From an uncultured virus (IMG/VR IMGVR_UViG_3300047322_000261) (taxonomy: Duplodnaviria > Heunggongvirae > Uroviricota > Caudoviricetes), in IMG/VR virus record IMGVR_UViG_3300047322_000261: a stretch of DNA of 64,000 nt, one strand, 5' to 3'. Each line of letters begins with the position of its first letter. Within the stretch, counting starts at the first letter, position 1. The translations under genes were made by a program, and so were the position numbers. This document shows, piece by piece, positions 20,330 to 28,084 of this stretch. The notes under the pieces are model-generated. The model saw nothing but the letters and a program-made list of their open reading frames with translations, had not been told where the DNA came from and searched no databases.

Positions 20330-20363
20330 TTTCCGTTGGTGAAACGCTGATCTATGCTAGGTT
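20330..20363 (+). promoter_or_regulatory. Conserved promoter motif, copy 1 (TTTCCGTTG-N19-TAGGTT)
   Basis: One of 7 copies with identical 19-nt spacing; 11 nt upstream of ATG 20375. Confidence 0.75.
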
Positions 20364-20374
20364 AATCTATACTT

Positions 20375-20680
20375 ATGACACCAAACACAATAACGGTGCT
20401 AATCGAGGGCGACGACACCGAAAAAGAGGCTAAGTTACGCAAGTTTTCACTGGAATACGGTGCTGGACTCTATGAAACAGAGGATGGTAGGGAGTTTTAC
20501 GTCGAACCTGCGCTAATTCAGGAGTCTAATGACGAACACAAAGCCGTTCCTATCCCGTTACAGGTAATAACACACCGAGAAGCTATGTTACAGAAGCTGA
20601 AATGGGGGCAAGAGCAGCTAGAGCGGCTAAACAAGGAAGATCAATCAGGAATTATCTTGCCAGATGCCTACAAAGCTTAA
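20375..20680 (+). CDS. Hypothetical protein
   Basis: ORF directly after the promoter motif. Confidence 0.6.
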   Translation: MTPNTITVLIEGDDTEKEAKLRKFSLEYGAGLYETEDGREFYVEPALIQESNDEHKAVPIPLQVITHREAMLQKLKWGQEQLERLNKEDQSGIILPDAYKA

Positions 20681-21179
20681 GTGTAACCTGTCGGATGCTC
20701 GTAGCCTAGCTAGCGAAGGCCACCCTGAGTATGTATTTACCAATGCCGGATGCTTTGAGCATGAAGATAACGACTGTGCCATAGTCGCGCTAGCTATAGC
20801 CACAGACCTTCCTTATAAAATGATACACAGGTTTGCATCGGTGTGTCTTGGCAGGGAACCGCAGGCCACTACACTTAACATGATTTATGCCCGACACCTA
20901 TACCCATTCAAATTCAGGATGGTTAACAAGAAACGCTTCAGGCTTAGCACGCTAACTAGACGGTATCCAAAGGGCAGGTATTACGTTCAGATAGGTGGCC
21001 AATCAGTTAAGAGTAAGTATGGCATCAACGGAGAGCTACATTGCCACGCCTTAGCTGTTGTAGATGGTAAGATTTACGACAGACACATCAACCCACCGGA
21101 CAGATGGGTAACTGGTGTCTGGAAGATCATGGGAGTTAAGCCTGATTCTTGGCATGGGTGGAAACATACTGATAAATAA
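20664..21179 (+). CDS. Papain-like (Cys-His-Asp) fold phage protein
   Basis: NDCAIVALAIA...GRYYV...HALAVVDGKIYD; paralogue at 32371..32970. Confidence 0.55.
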   Translation: MPTKLKCNLSDARSLASEGHPEYVFTNAGCFEHEDNDCAIVALAIATDLPYKMIHRFASVCLGREPQATTLNMIYARHLYPFKFRMVNKKRFRLSTLTRRYPKGRYYVQIGGQSVKSKYGINGELHCHALAVVDGKIYDRHINPPDRWVTGVWKIMGVKPDSWHGWKHTDK

Positions 21180-21241
21180 CAATCTATAGACTATAATGCC
21201 TCAAAAGGGTATTGTATGTTATCAGCAAAAGCTGGTATAAC

Positions 21242-21535
21242 ATGGAAGAAAAAACCACATCCTTAATCTCCATTAGCCTAGGGGGATTTAGCGATAAACA
21301 ATATAGGCACTTAGTAAAACTCATGAGTCAACTAGATACACGAATCGAAGCATTGAATACACGGCTTGATGAAGCCACCAGCGAGATTCTCGCGTTGCTT
21401 GGCCAGCTTAACGATGAAACGTTGAGCGCAGAAGGTCAGGCAGCTTTGGCGCAGGCAGAAACGAAAGTTGCTGCACTGGCAGACATTGTTCCGGGCCCTA
21501 CACCGGGGACGCCGGAAGCAACGCCAAAAGCGTAA
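21242..21535 (+). CDS. Small coiled-coil protein (start may be 21242 or 21324)
   Basis: Heptad pattern MSQLDTRIEALNTRLDEAT...; followed by a strong terminator. Confidence 0.55.
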   Translation: MEEKTTSLISISLGGFSDKQYRHLVKLMSQLDTRIEALNTRLDEATSEILALLGQLNDETLSAEGQAALAQAETKVAALADIVPGPTPGTPEATPKA

Positions 21536-21553
21536 GCAAAATCATACCGGACT

Positions 21554-21585
21554 AGAGCGGGGTGCTTCGGCATCCCGCTCTTTTT
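21554..21585 (+). terminator. Rho-independent terminator
   Basis: AGAGCGGGGTGC-TTCG-GCATCCCGCTCT followed by a T-run; cUUCGg loop. Confidence 0.9.
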
Positions 21586-21587
21586 AT

Positions 21588-21615
21588 TTGCACTAATCGA
21601 ATATCCCTGTATATT
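21588..21615 (+). promoter_or_regulatory. Promoter TTGCAC-N16-TATATT preceding the first tRNA-like RNA
   Basis: Same TTG-to--10 geometry as the TTTCCGTTG class but without the TTTCCG prefix. Confidence 0.6.
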
Positions 21616-21621
21616 GTCTTT

Positions 21622-21725
21622 GGCGGAAGTAATTAATCGCGCCGAAAGCCGAGTGGGAAGTTTCGCAGTTTACGCCCAATACGTGCTTAAATGATCGGGG
21701 GTAAAAGTCCCAAGAAACTGCACCA
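21622..21725 (+). ncRNA. tRNA-like RNA 1 ending in ACCA
   Basis: 7-bp GCAGTTT/AAACTGC stem plus A-CCA; T-arm-like GGGG-GTAAAAG-TCCC; followed by ATTTT like the real tRNA; no canonical D or anticodon arm; 5' end uncertain. Confidence 0.55.
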
Positions 21726-21728
21726 ATT

Positions 21729-21762
21729 TTTCCGTTGCGTTACGCTCTACAGCCTGTATATT
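21729..21762 (+). promoter_or_regulatory. Conserved promoter motif, copy 2 (TTTCCGTTG-N19-TATATT)
   Basis: Immediately upstream of tRNA-fMet. Confidence 0.8.
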
Positions 21763-21766
21763 ATAT

Positions 21767-21845
21767 CGTGGGGTGGACAAGTCTGGTTTAAGTCGTCGGT
21801 CTCATAAGCCGAAGATCGCGGGTTCAAATCCCGCCCCCGCAACCA
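21767..21845 (+). tRNA. tRNA-Met(CAT), initiator type, with U31-G39 anticodon-stem variant
   Basis: C1xA72 mismatch, GAC/GTC D-stem, anticodon loop CTCATAA (CAT at 21803-05), GCGGG-TTCAAAT-CCCGC T-arm, encoded CCA. Confidence 0.93.
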
Positions 21846-21852
21846 ATTTTTT

Positions 21853-21943
21853 CGGGGGCTGGCAGGGTAAACCCTGCGAAGCGGTAGAGGCTTGAACGCT
21901 GGCAAGACCAACCAGACGATGTGAAAATCATCACCCCCGTCCA
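21853..21943 (+). ncRNA. tRNA-like RNA 2 ending in TCCA
   Basis: CGGGGG/CCCCCG acceptor-like stem plus T-CCA-ATTTT; GCAGGG-TAAA-CCCTGC hairpin; T-arm-like GATG-TGAAAAT-CATC; no canonical anticodon loop. Confidence 0.6.
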
Positions 21944-21950
21944 ATTTTAC

Positions 21951-22021
21951 AGGCACACGCTAACCGAGAAGCTGTCGGTGAACGGCTGCATGGTTTATAC
22001 TTTAGTGTGTGCCTTTCTTTT
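21951..22021 (+). terminator. Long stem-loop with U-tract (terminator or small structured RNA)
   Basis: AGGCACACGCTAA/TTAGTGTGTGCCT 13-bp stem enclosing GCTGT-CGGTGA-ACGGC, followed by TTCTTTT. Confidence 0.5.
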
Positions 22022-22582
22022 ATGTCTAACATTTTTATCACATCTGACCCGCATTTCGGTCACGCTAACATTCTGACCTTCAAGCGACAAGATGGAAGTC
22101 CATGCAGGGAGTTTGATTCCGTAGAGCAGATGGACGAAACCATCATTGAGCGATTCAATGCAGTCGTTAGGCCACAGGACAAGGTTTACATCTTGGGAGA
22201 TATTGCCATGAAGCGGAAGTTTATAGCTACCGCTGGCAGGCTTAATGGTCACAAGCGTTTGGTGCGAGGCAATCACGATATCTTTAGGACTAGGGATTAC
22301 CTTCCGTTCTTTGAGGAAATCTACGCTTACAGGAAGATCGAGAATCTTTTCTTTAGCCACATTCCGCTGCACCCTGAAAGCCTGAGATACGATTGGATTA
22401 ATGTGCATGGTCACGTTCACAACAACGTTCCAGAATTAAATTTCGGGCCTAGGTATCTGAATGTTAGCACCGAAGTAACAAACTACACTCCGCTAGCTAT
22501 CGAGGAAGTCAGGCAGATCGTGCGAGCTAGGTTTACAGAGGAACAACTACAACAATTAAGAGAGGGTTACAAAGGAAGATGA
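22022..22582 (+). CDS. Calcineurin-like metallophosphoesterase
   Basis: SDPHFGH, LGD, GNHD, SHIP and HGHVH motifs; ATG at 22022. Confidence 0.9.
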   Translation: MSNIFITSDPHFGHANILTFKRQDGSPCREFDSVEQMDETIIERFNAVVRPQDKVYILGDIAMKRKFIATAGRLNGHKRLVRGNHDIFRTRDYLPFFEEIYAYRKIENLFFSHIPLHPESLRYDWINVHGHVHNNVPELNFGPRYLNVSTEVTNYTPLAIEEVRQIVRARFTEEQLQQLREGYKGR

Positions 22583-22728
22583 AAACACCTTGGGAATTAG
22601 GGGTGCTAATTAAGGTAGCATCCGACATGAAAAAACAATCAATACTGAGTCCGTGGAATCCTGTTAAGGTAAACAAAGACTGGATTCCTGTAGCGGTAAT
22701 TGAATATATTTCCGTTGCCGAAGGCTGA
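22579..22728 (+). CDS. 49-aa hypothetical ORF
   Basis: ATGA overlap with the upstream stop; MKTPWELGVLIK...AEG. Confidence 0.4.
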   Translation: MKTPWELGVLIKVASDMKKQSILSPWNPVKVNKDWIPVAVIEYISVAEG

Positions 22729-22742
22729 TCGTATGTTATATT
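22709..22742 (+). promoter_or_regulatory. Conserved promoter motif, copy 3 (TTTCCGTTG-N19-TATATT)
   Basis: Same spacing; extended -10 TG. Confidence 0.75.
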
Positions 22743-22747
22743 GACTT

Positions 22748-22819
22748 GTGGCATCCGAAAAGCCGAAAGGAAATCGCGCGATAACGCCTGCGTAGGACAT
22801 GCGAAAGCTAGGATGCCAC
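22748..22819 (+). ncRNA. Candidate multi-branch structured RNA or 5' leader
   Basis: GTGGCATCC/GGATGCCAC closing stem, two GAAA-tetraloop hairpins and a GCG-ATAA-CGC arm; begins at the predicted TSS. Confidence 0.55.
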
Positions 22820-22825
22820 TCATTT

Positions 22826-22900
22826 ATGAAAACTGCTTTATTGGTCGTCTTGATAATCATTTATCTGGTCGGCCTTTACTACGTAACGAAAGGAAGCTAA
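22826..22900 (+). CDS. 24-aa single-TM peptide
   Basis: MKTALLVVLIIIYLVGLYYVTKGS. Confidence 0.5.
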   Translation: MKTALLVVLIIIYLVGLYYVTKGS

Positions 22901-22904
22901 AACA

Positions 22905-23333
22905 ATGAATATGAACGCAACAGCACAGATGCGAACGACGACACAAGTGGGGTGCGGGAAGGCTAAGAAACCTGAACACGCGGCAGGCAAGGCGCAGGAG
23001 TTAGGCGACCCAAGTGAACACGTATTCTTGTTCGACGTTTGCCAAAAGTGCGGCATTTCTGCGTTCAACCTTGATGACGACGAGACCTGCACGGTAATAA
23101 ACAACCAACACGCGGCAGACAATGCGCAATTAGCAATGGCGTTCGGCCCAAATGACGAGTGCATCCAAATCGGAGGGTTATCGTTCATGGTCAATATTTC
23201 CGCTCAACTTATAGCCGACAAAATCAACGCGAGCATCAATGCCGAGCGGGAGCGTTACCGAAAGCTAGTGGATGCTGAAAGACGCAGATGTTTCGACTTA
23301 GAACAGCAACTCGCAGCCGAGCGGGAGAAATGA
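22905..23333 (+). CDS. Hypothetical protein with C-terminal coiled coil
   Basis: AAAGGAAG RBS-like sequence upstream; LEQQLAAE tail. Confidence 0.55.
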   Translation: MNMNATAQMRTTTQVGCGKAKKPEHAAGKAQELGDPSEHVFLFDVCQKCGISAFNLDDDETCTVINNQHAADNAQLAMAFGPNDECIQIGGLSFMVNISAQLIADKINASINAERERYRKLVDAERRRCFDLEQQLAAEREK

Positions 23334-24080
23334 ACCTAGAAATCCACCCAGTAGCTCTAGCTAAGCTAGGGCTACTTAGCAGGCAGCAGGCTAGAAGGCT
23401 TCTAATGCTAGGCGGATGGTTTAACGCACTAGAAATGGAAGAATTACTTATCGAGGCAGGCTGTATAGACAGCCATGAGTGCTGGACGCCCTACAGGACG
23501 CTATCTAGCTCGCCGTGGTTAGTATACGAGGAAACAACACAATGACGAAGGCAATCTGGAGCGAGCGCATGACAACTAAACAACTAGCACAGCTAGAAGC
23601 TATAGCCACCACCATTAAGACCAGCGAGCTATGTAAACGTGTAACAAACATAGAGAACAACCTGCTGGAGTTAACTAAGCTGGTTAAGATCATAGCATTA
23701 AACCAAACCCGCCGCGAGGCACGACGATACATACCAGAAGGATTTTAATGAAAGTCGGAACCGTATGAGACCAATCCCTAACACCTTAACAATCGGTCAT
23801 CCTCACGTATGGCCTAAGCTAGCCCCTAGGCTGGCGAAATACCTAGAACCTAAACTTGGTAAACCTTATGTTACAACTTCAAGATCGGAACGAGCCACAC
23901 GCAGTCCCTCACACTCTAGTCCTACAGCGGCTAGATGAGTGCCTGTTAAACCTTAAGATTCACCGGAACGACTATCCGGCTGAGTTACTTCCTGTATACT
24001 GGGATGCCTTGAGCTATACCAGAACACTAAGGGAGAGAATGGCAGAAAACTTGGGAGAACCTAGGAGCGGTGGGGTATGA
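23330..24080 (+). CDS. Run of three or four small hypothetical ORFs (about 23330..23545, 23542..23748, 23856..24080)
   Basis: Mostly ATGA-coupled short ORFs; no recognisable domains. Confidence 0.45.
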
Positions 24081-24505
24081 AGATAAAACAATTCAGTGGC
24101 AAGTATCGGTTCCTGTCTAACTTTAAGCCTGTAGAAGTAGAGCTAAATGGGATTCATTATGCGTCTGTGGAACACGGTTATCAAGCACTTAAGGCTACCA
24201 ACGTAGAAGATCATAACATGGTAGCCAGCCAACCAACCGCAGGACTAGCTAAGAAAGCTGGCAGGTCTATTAAGGTAAGACCAGACTGGGACAGCATAAA
24301 ACTTTCCGTGATGGAGAAGCTAGTAAGGTCTAAATTCCGATGGTCTGTTATGGCTGATATGCTATTAGACACTGGAACCGCTGAGTTAATCGAGGGCAAT
24401 AACTGGAATGATACGTATTGGGGTGTATGCCGAGGGGTTGGCGAAAACCACCTTGGAAAGATTCTAATGAAAGTCAGAAGACTTCTATACCTAGGAGAGT
24501 TATGA
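24077..24505 (+). CDS. NADAR (YbiA-like) family protein
   Basis: FLSNF...SVEHGYQA.K...AKKAGR...RPDWD...KF...LLDTG..ELIEGN.WND.YWG...GENHLGKILM. Confidence 0.92.
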   Translation: MKIKQFSGKYRFLSNFKPVEVELNGIHYASVEHGYQALKATNVEDHNMVASQPTAGLAKKAGRSIKVRPDWDSIKLSVMEKLVRSKFRWSVMADMLLDTGTAELIEGNNWNDTYWGVCRGVGENHLGKILMKVRRLLYLGEL

Positions 24506-24690
24506 CAGACCAAGAAAAGATAGACAACCTTCACAAAATCTTGGGCCGGAAGCGAACCGAGATTAAACAACTAAAACAACAGCTAGCTGCTGAGCAGGCT
24601 AGGGCTAACCAGCTTATGCCAGCTTACGCTAGGAAGCAATGCTGTAACAAAGACAAAGGTGCTTACGATAGATTTGAACGGGACTTATGA
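24502..24690 (+). CDS. Small coiled-coil hypothetical protein
   Basis: ATGA overlap with NADAR stop; MTDQEKIDNLH...LKQQLAAEQ. Confidence 0.5.
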   Translation: MTDQEKIDNLHKILGRKRTEIKQLKQQLAAEQARANQLMPAYARKQCCNKDKGAYDRFERDL

Positions 24691-24755
24691 AGGTAAGCCT
24701 TGTTACAACAATACCTTAACCGCTAGCTAGCCTAACGCCAGAATGGAGACTCGAC

Positions 24756-24926
24756 ATGAAACATACTAAAAATTCCCTACCCCTATGCCCATACCACGGC
24801 AACGACTATAAGCCTAGGACTTGCGGAGTCTGCGAGAAGATCGTCAGCGATGCCTTCATAGCCAGATACCACCCCAAGGCAAGTGTAAAAATCCTACCCC
24901 CCCCAGCCAGCCAGCTAGCTAGCTAG
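24756..24926 (+). CDS. 56-aa ORF with CxxH...CxxC (possible Zn finger)
   Basis: GGAGA upstream; CPYH...CGVC. Confidence 0.45.
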   Translation: MKHTKNSLPLCPYHGNDYKPRTCGVCEKIVSDAFIARYHPKASVKILPPPASQLAS

Positions 24927-25166
24927 GGACTCCCATGACGATCAGCGACATAATTCTATACCTGCTAGTCTTAGTAGTGATTTTTTCCCCACCCCTACCC
25001 CCCTCTAACCTACCTAGGATATAGACTTCCATGTGTGGGCATTTTCGGCCCGGCAATTCGATGTAACTACTGCGGGGGTATGGGGGTAAGTAGTTGCTAG
25101 CCAGCATGTTACGAGGTTGGCACGCTAGTTGCTTACATTGAAATGTGTTAGCACTTACCATGCCAA

Positions 25167-25604
25167 CTAGCTAGCTAGCCTAGCTAGCCTAGCTAGCCTG
25201 TGCTTGTGTGTCTGTGCTGCTGTCATGTATCGGTTGATCCACTTATAGCAGCTAGTCATCTCTTGCTTGTGTGACTTGATAGCAATGGTTATGGCCTCTT
25301 GTTGTGTCGCGGAGCCTGTTACTGCTAGCTCTAGCTTCGGCGTATCACCAACCCATGTTACAACCCACTTAGTAGCCTTAGCTGGCTTAGCTGGCTTACC
25401 AGAGTAACTCTGATACCATCTATCAAAGGCGTCTCTCTGCCAAACTTGATCGCTAGCTATACTGTCGTGAGCTAGCTGGCTAGCTTGCATAGCTTGTGTT
25501 ACTTGCGCTGCTGTTAGTGGCTGGTAGTTAGGTAATGGGTTAGCGTGCCTGTATACCCTCATATCACTAGCTAGTCTGTCTTGTCTGTTACTTGTGTTAG
25601 GCAT
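25167..25604 (-). CDS. Early paralogue family member
   Basis: KWVVTWVGDTPKL...ATQQEAI...WINRYM. Confidence 0.6.
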   Translation of the reverse strand: MPNTSNRQDRLASDMRVYRHANPLPNYQPLTAAQVTQAMQASQLAHDSIASDQVWQRDAFDRWYQSYSGKPAKPAKATKWVVTWVGDTPKLELAVTGSATQQEAITIAIKSHKQEMTSCYKWINRYMTAAQTHKHRLARLARLAS

Positions 25605-25643
25605 GTTATGTTATTAGTTAGTTGTTACAACTTGATTTTGGCC

Positions 25644-26041
25644 TTATGAAGCCCCTAGCTGCTCTCTTACGTCATGCTTGTAGCCTAGCCTGCTAGCTAG
25701 CTTACCAGCAGGCTCAAGCACTTGCTTAAGCTGGCTTGCTAGCTCTGCTGCCCACGCTGGCGTCAACCCTATGCTTATATTGCCATGTATAATGATTATT
25801 ACTGCTCCGTTGTTCTTCTCTACTGTTATCATTGGTTGTCTTTCTGTTGTCGCAGGCTTACCAATTTGATCGGAGTTACTTCCTTGGTTGTAACCTTTAC
25901 AATCTTGTCGATATTCACGCCTTTGTATCCAGACTTAATAAGACTCTTGGCTAGTCTTTGAGACCTAGCAAGACTTTCGAATGTTGAGTAGATGTATTGG
26001 TAACTGACTTGGTATGTTGTTGTTTTTTCTGTGTCTTTCAT
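25644..26041 (-). CDS. Two small hypothetical ORFs (25644..25832, 25829..26041)
   Basis: ATGA-coupled; AGAAAGGAAA RBS before 26041. Confidence 0.5.
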
Positions 26042-26060
26042 TTGATTTCCTTTCTTGGTG

Positions 26061-26306
26061 TTACTTTGTTGTCTTTTTGGTTCGTGGTTTTGGCATTGTG
26101 GCCTCTAGCTCGGCTAACTTAACCAACCAATCTTTGTTTGCTTGTATAGCTTCTAGGTTCTGGTTAATCTCCATGTAGCTGGCTCTCGTTGACCGAACGC
26201 AGTAGCTTTTGTGATAGTCCATAGCTTGTCGCTGAGTTTTAAAGCCACCGAAGGTTGTCTTATGGAAGCAAGCCTTACCTTGTTCATTTCTTACGTTCCA
26301 AGTCAT
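26061..26306 (-). CDS. Early paralogue family member (divergent)
   Basis: TWNVRNEQGK...GFKTQRQAM...EINQNL. Confidence 0.55.
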   Translation of the reverse strand: MTWNVRNEQGKACFHKTTFGGFKTQRQAMDYHKSYCVRSTRASYMEINQNLEAIQANKDWLVKLAELEATMPKPRTKKTTK

Positions 26307-26599
26307 AACACTCTCGCGATCTGTTCTGTGGGCATGACTACGATCTGCCAGCCAGCGTCCATAGCCTTAATTTTAGCCTCGGCTTTCTTGACATCCTGAA
26401 GACTACCCATTAGGTAGTTAATATCGTTCAGGTATGACCTAGCCCTACGCTTGGCCGCTTTAACAGCCCAAGCCTTAGCTTCCTGTCTGGTATCTTTCAC
26501 GCCTGCGTCCAGATATCTATAAGACGTTGAAGGCACTTGCTCAAACCTTGGTTGTTCCCCTGACTTGTATCTAACTATCCATCTGTTGCTCAATTTCAT
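26303..26599 (-). CDS. Early paralogue family member
   Basis: RWIVRYKSGEQPRF...DTRQEAK...NDINYLM. Confidence 0.65.
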   Translation of the reverse strand: MKLSNRWIVRYKSGEQPRFEQVPSTSYRYLDAGVKDTRQEAKAWAVKAAKRRARSYLNDINYLMGSLQDVKKAEAKIKAMDAGWQIVVMPTEQIARVL

Positions 26600-26964
26600 A
26601 ATTCCTTCTCTAGCTTGTCTAGCTTGGCTAGCATTTTGCGTTGGCGTTCTATTGCGCTAAGCATGTCGTTTATTTCCTTATAGTCTTCGGCAATATTGGC
26701 CTTGGTATCCCTACGGAAAACATCTATTGCCTCTTGTTTAGTTTCTAAGCCATAACTCGCGGGCACTAACTTAGGCGCACCATCAGGCACGCAGGAGATC
26801 ACCCAATTGTCTAACTTTATACAATTGCCTAACTTGGGTGGATTATCACCAACTTCGTGTGACCAAGGGTTAGTATTGAGACTGTTAACGTTAGCATTGA
26901 GCCTGTTAACTATATCATCCCAATAGTCGTCTTCGTCTCTTATGAGTGGTATTCTAGCTGGCAT
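26596..26964 (-). CDS. Early paralogue family member
   Basis: NWVISCVPDGAPKL...ETKQEAI...KEINDML. Confidence 0.65.
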   Translation of the reverse strand: MPARIPLIRDEDDYWDDIVNRLNANVNSLNTNPWSHEVGDNPPKLGNCIKLDNWVISCVPDGAPKLVPASYGLETKQEAIDVFRRDTKANIAEDYKEINDMLSAIERQRKMLAKLDKLEKEL

Positions 26965-27286
26965 CTTGTTCCCCTTTCTTATAAGCCACTAACGCCTTAG
27001 CTGCCTTGCTTAGTTGCTTGGTATACATTTCGATTGTCTTCATGTATGAGTTAATGTTCTTTCGGGTCTTTACCAAGAAATTCTGAACAGCTTCATCAGG
27101 TGTTGGGAATAGGTTGTCCGGCAGGAAAGTCTGACCACGAAAAACGTGATCTCCCGCACCTTTCTGGTAGTCATCAATCAGCCACCACCATTCATCCTCG
27201 CTATTCCCGTCTCTGTGTGCCGTGACCTTAATAATCTTGTCATAGCCGGACAATAGAAACATTGTTTTTTGTGATTTGTCTAACAT
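26954..27286 (-). CDS. Early paralogue family member
   Basis: LFPTPDEAVQNFLVKTRKNINSYM. Confidence 0.65.
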   Translation of the reverse strand: MLDKSQKTMFLLSGYDKIIKVTAHRDGNSEDEWWWLIDDYQKGAGDHVFRGQTFLPDNLFPTPDEAVQNFLVKTRKNINSYMKTIEMYTKQLSKAAKALVAYKKGEQDAS

Positions 27287-27752
27287 TAGTGAGTGTTGGA
27301 TGTTAATTGTTTAACTGGTTCCCAATCTGGAATACCACACATGCTTTCCTTTTGGGCCAGTAGGTCTTTCAACGCTTCCTGTTCAATGGCTAGGAAGTCG
27401 AAGGCGTCTGCATAATCGCGCTTAGCCTGCTCAAAGGCTAGCTTAGCTTCTGACATAGCCTTGCGTGAGAACCTGATTTCCTCGTATGTGTTATACAACT
27501 CTCTGTCAAGCTGAGCTAGTGTTGTTGGCTTTTCTCTCATTGTCATTGTCCACCTTCCGTTTCCCATTGATCTTCCCATTGAGGAATTGCATCCTCTGTA
27601 TTGTAAAACTTAACGTAGGCCTTGGGTGTCTCCACTGGTAGTTGGCTATGCAGCCAGCGATCTTGAGCGTTACACTCGGCCAGCCTGCGCTGTAGCTTGC
27701 TAATCTCCGCGTTGTTTTCGTCGATCAGTTTTAATAATTGGTCTCTATCCAT
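27286..27752 (-). CDS. Two small coiled-coil hypothetical ORFs (27286..27546, 27543..27752)
   Basis: Translationally coupled ORFs. Confidence 0.5.
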
Positions 27753-28084
27753 GATTTGTAATCTCCGTTGTTGATTTTGTATTTCCGGCTTGGTTTTTCT
27801 AGGTCTAGCCTAGCTATCCAAATGGAAGCTTCCTTACCATCGAGATTAATACGGTGTTCATCATAACATCCTCGTTCAATCCTGCGTATACCTGCTAGTG
27901 TTATGTCATTGACTTCCTGTAGCTCTATCACGATGCTTCCCTTGCCCTTGCGTATCTCTGGACAGAACAAACAGTAAAGATCGTAGCCATTAATGCGATA
28001 GGTTCCTAGCACCTTCTGTTCGCCAAACCTACCGTAGTTAATAAGACCTTCTCGGAGCGTTCCGTAAACCGCTATGTAATTCAT
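27731..28084 (-). CDS. Gamma-glutamylcyclotransferase (GGCT/AIG2-like)
   Basis: YIAVYGTLR.G..N...IE...YD...I..GD; ATG at 28084. Confidence 0.85.
   Translation of the reverse strand: MNYIAVYGTLREGLINYGRFGEQKVLGTYRINGYDLYCLFCPEIRKGKGSIVIELQEVNDITLAGIRRIERGCYDEHRINLDGKEASIWIARLDLEKPSRKYKINNGDYKSWIETNY

Noticed and set aside
21853..21943. Calling RNA 2 tRNA-Sec, tRNA-Leu(TAG) or tRNA-Ser(TGA)
   Set aside because: No TCA anticodon; candidate loops lack U33 or a paired stem; T-loop lacks TTC.
21747..21956. 69-aa minus-strand ORF
   Set aside because: Antisense translation of the tRNA cluster.
21622..22819. Known ribozyme or riboswitch identity (hammerhead, twister, pistol, c-di-GMP) or tmRNA
   Set aside because: I could not match the conserved cores by eye; left unassigned pending an Rfam search.
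24919..25161. 80-aa minus ORF and a ~54-aa plus ORF in the convergence zone
   Set aside because: Low-complexity sequence with no convincing RBS or motifs; likely non-coding.
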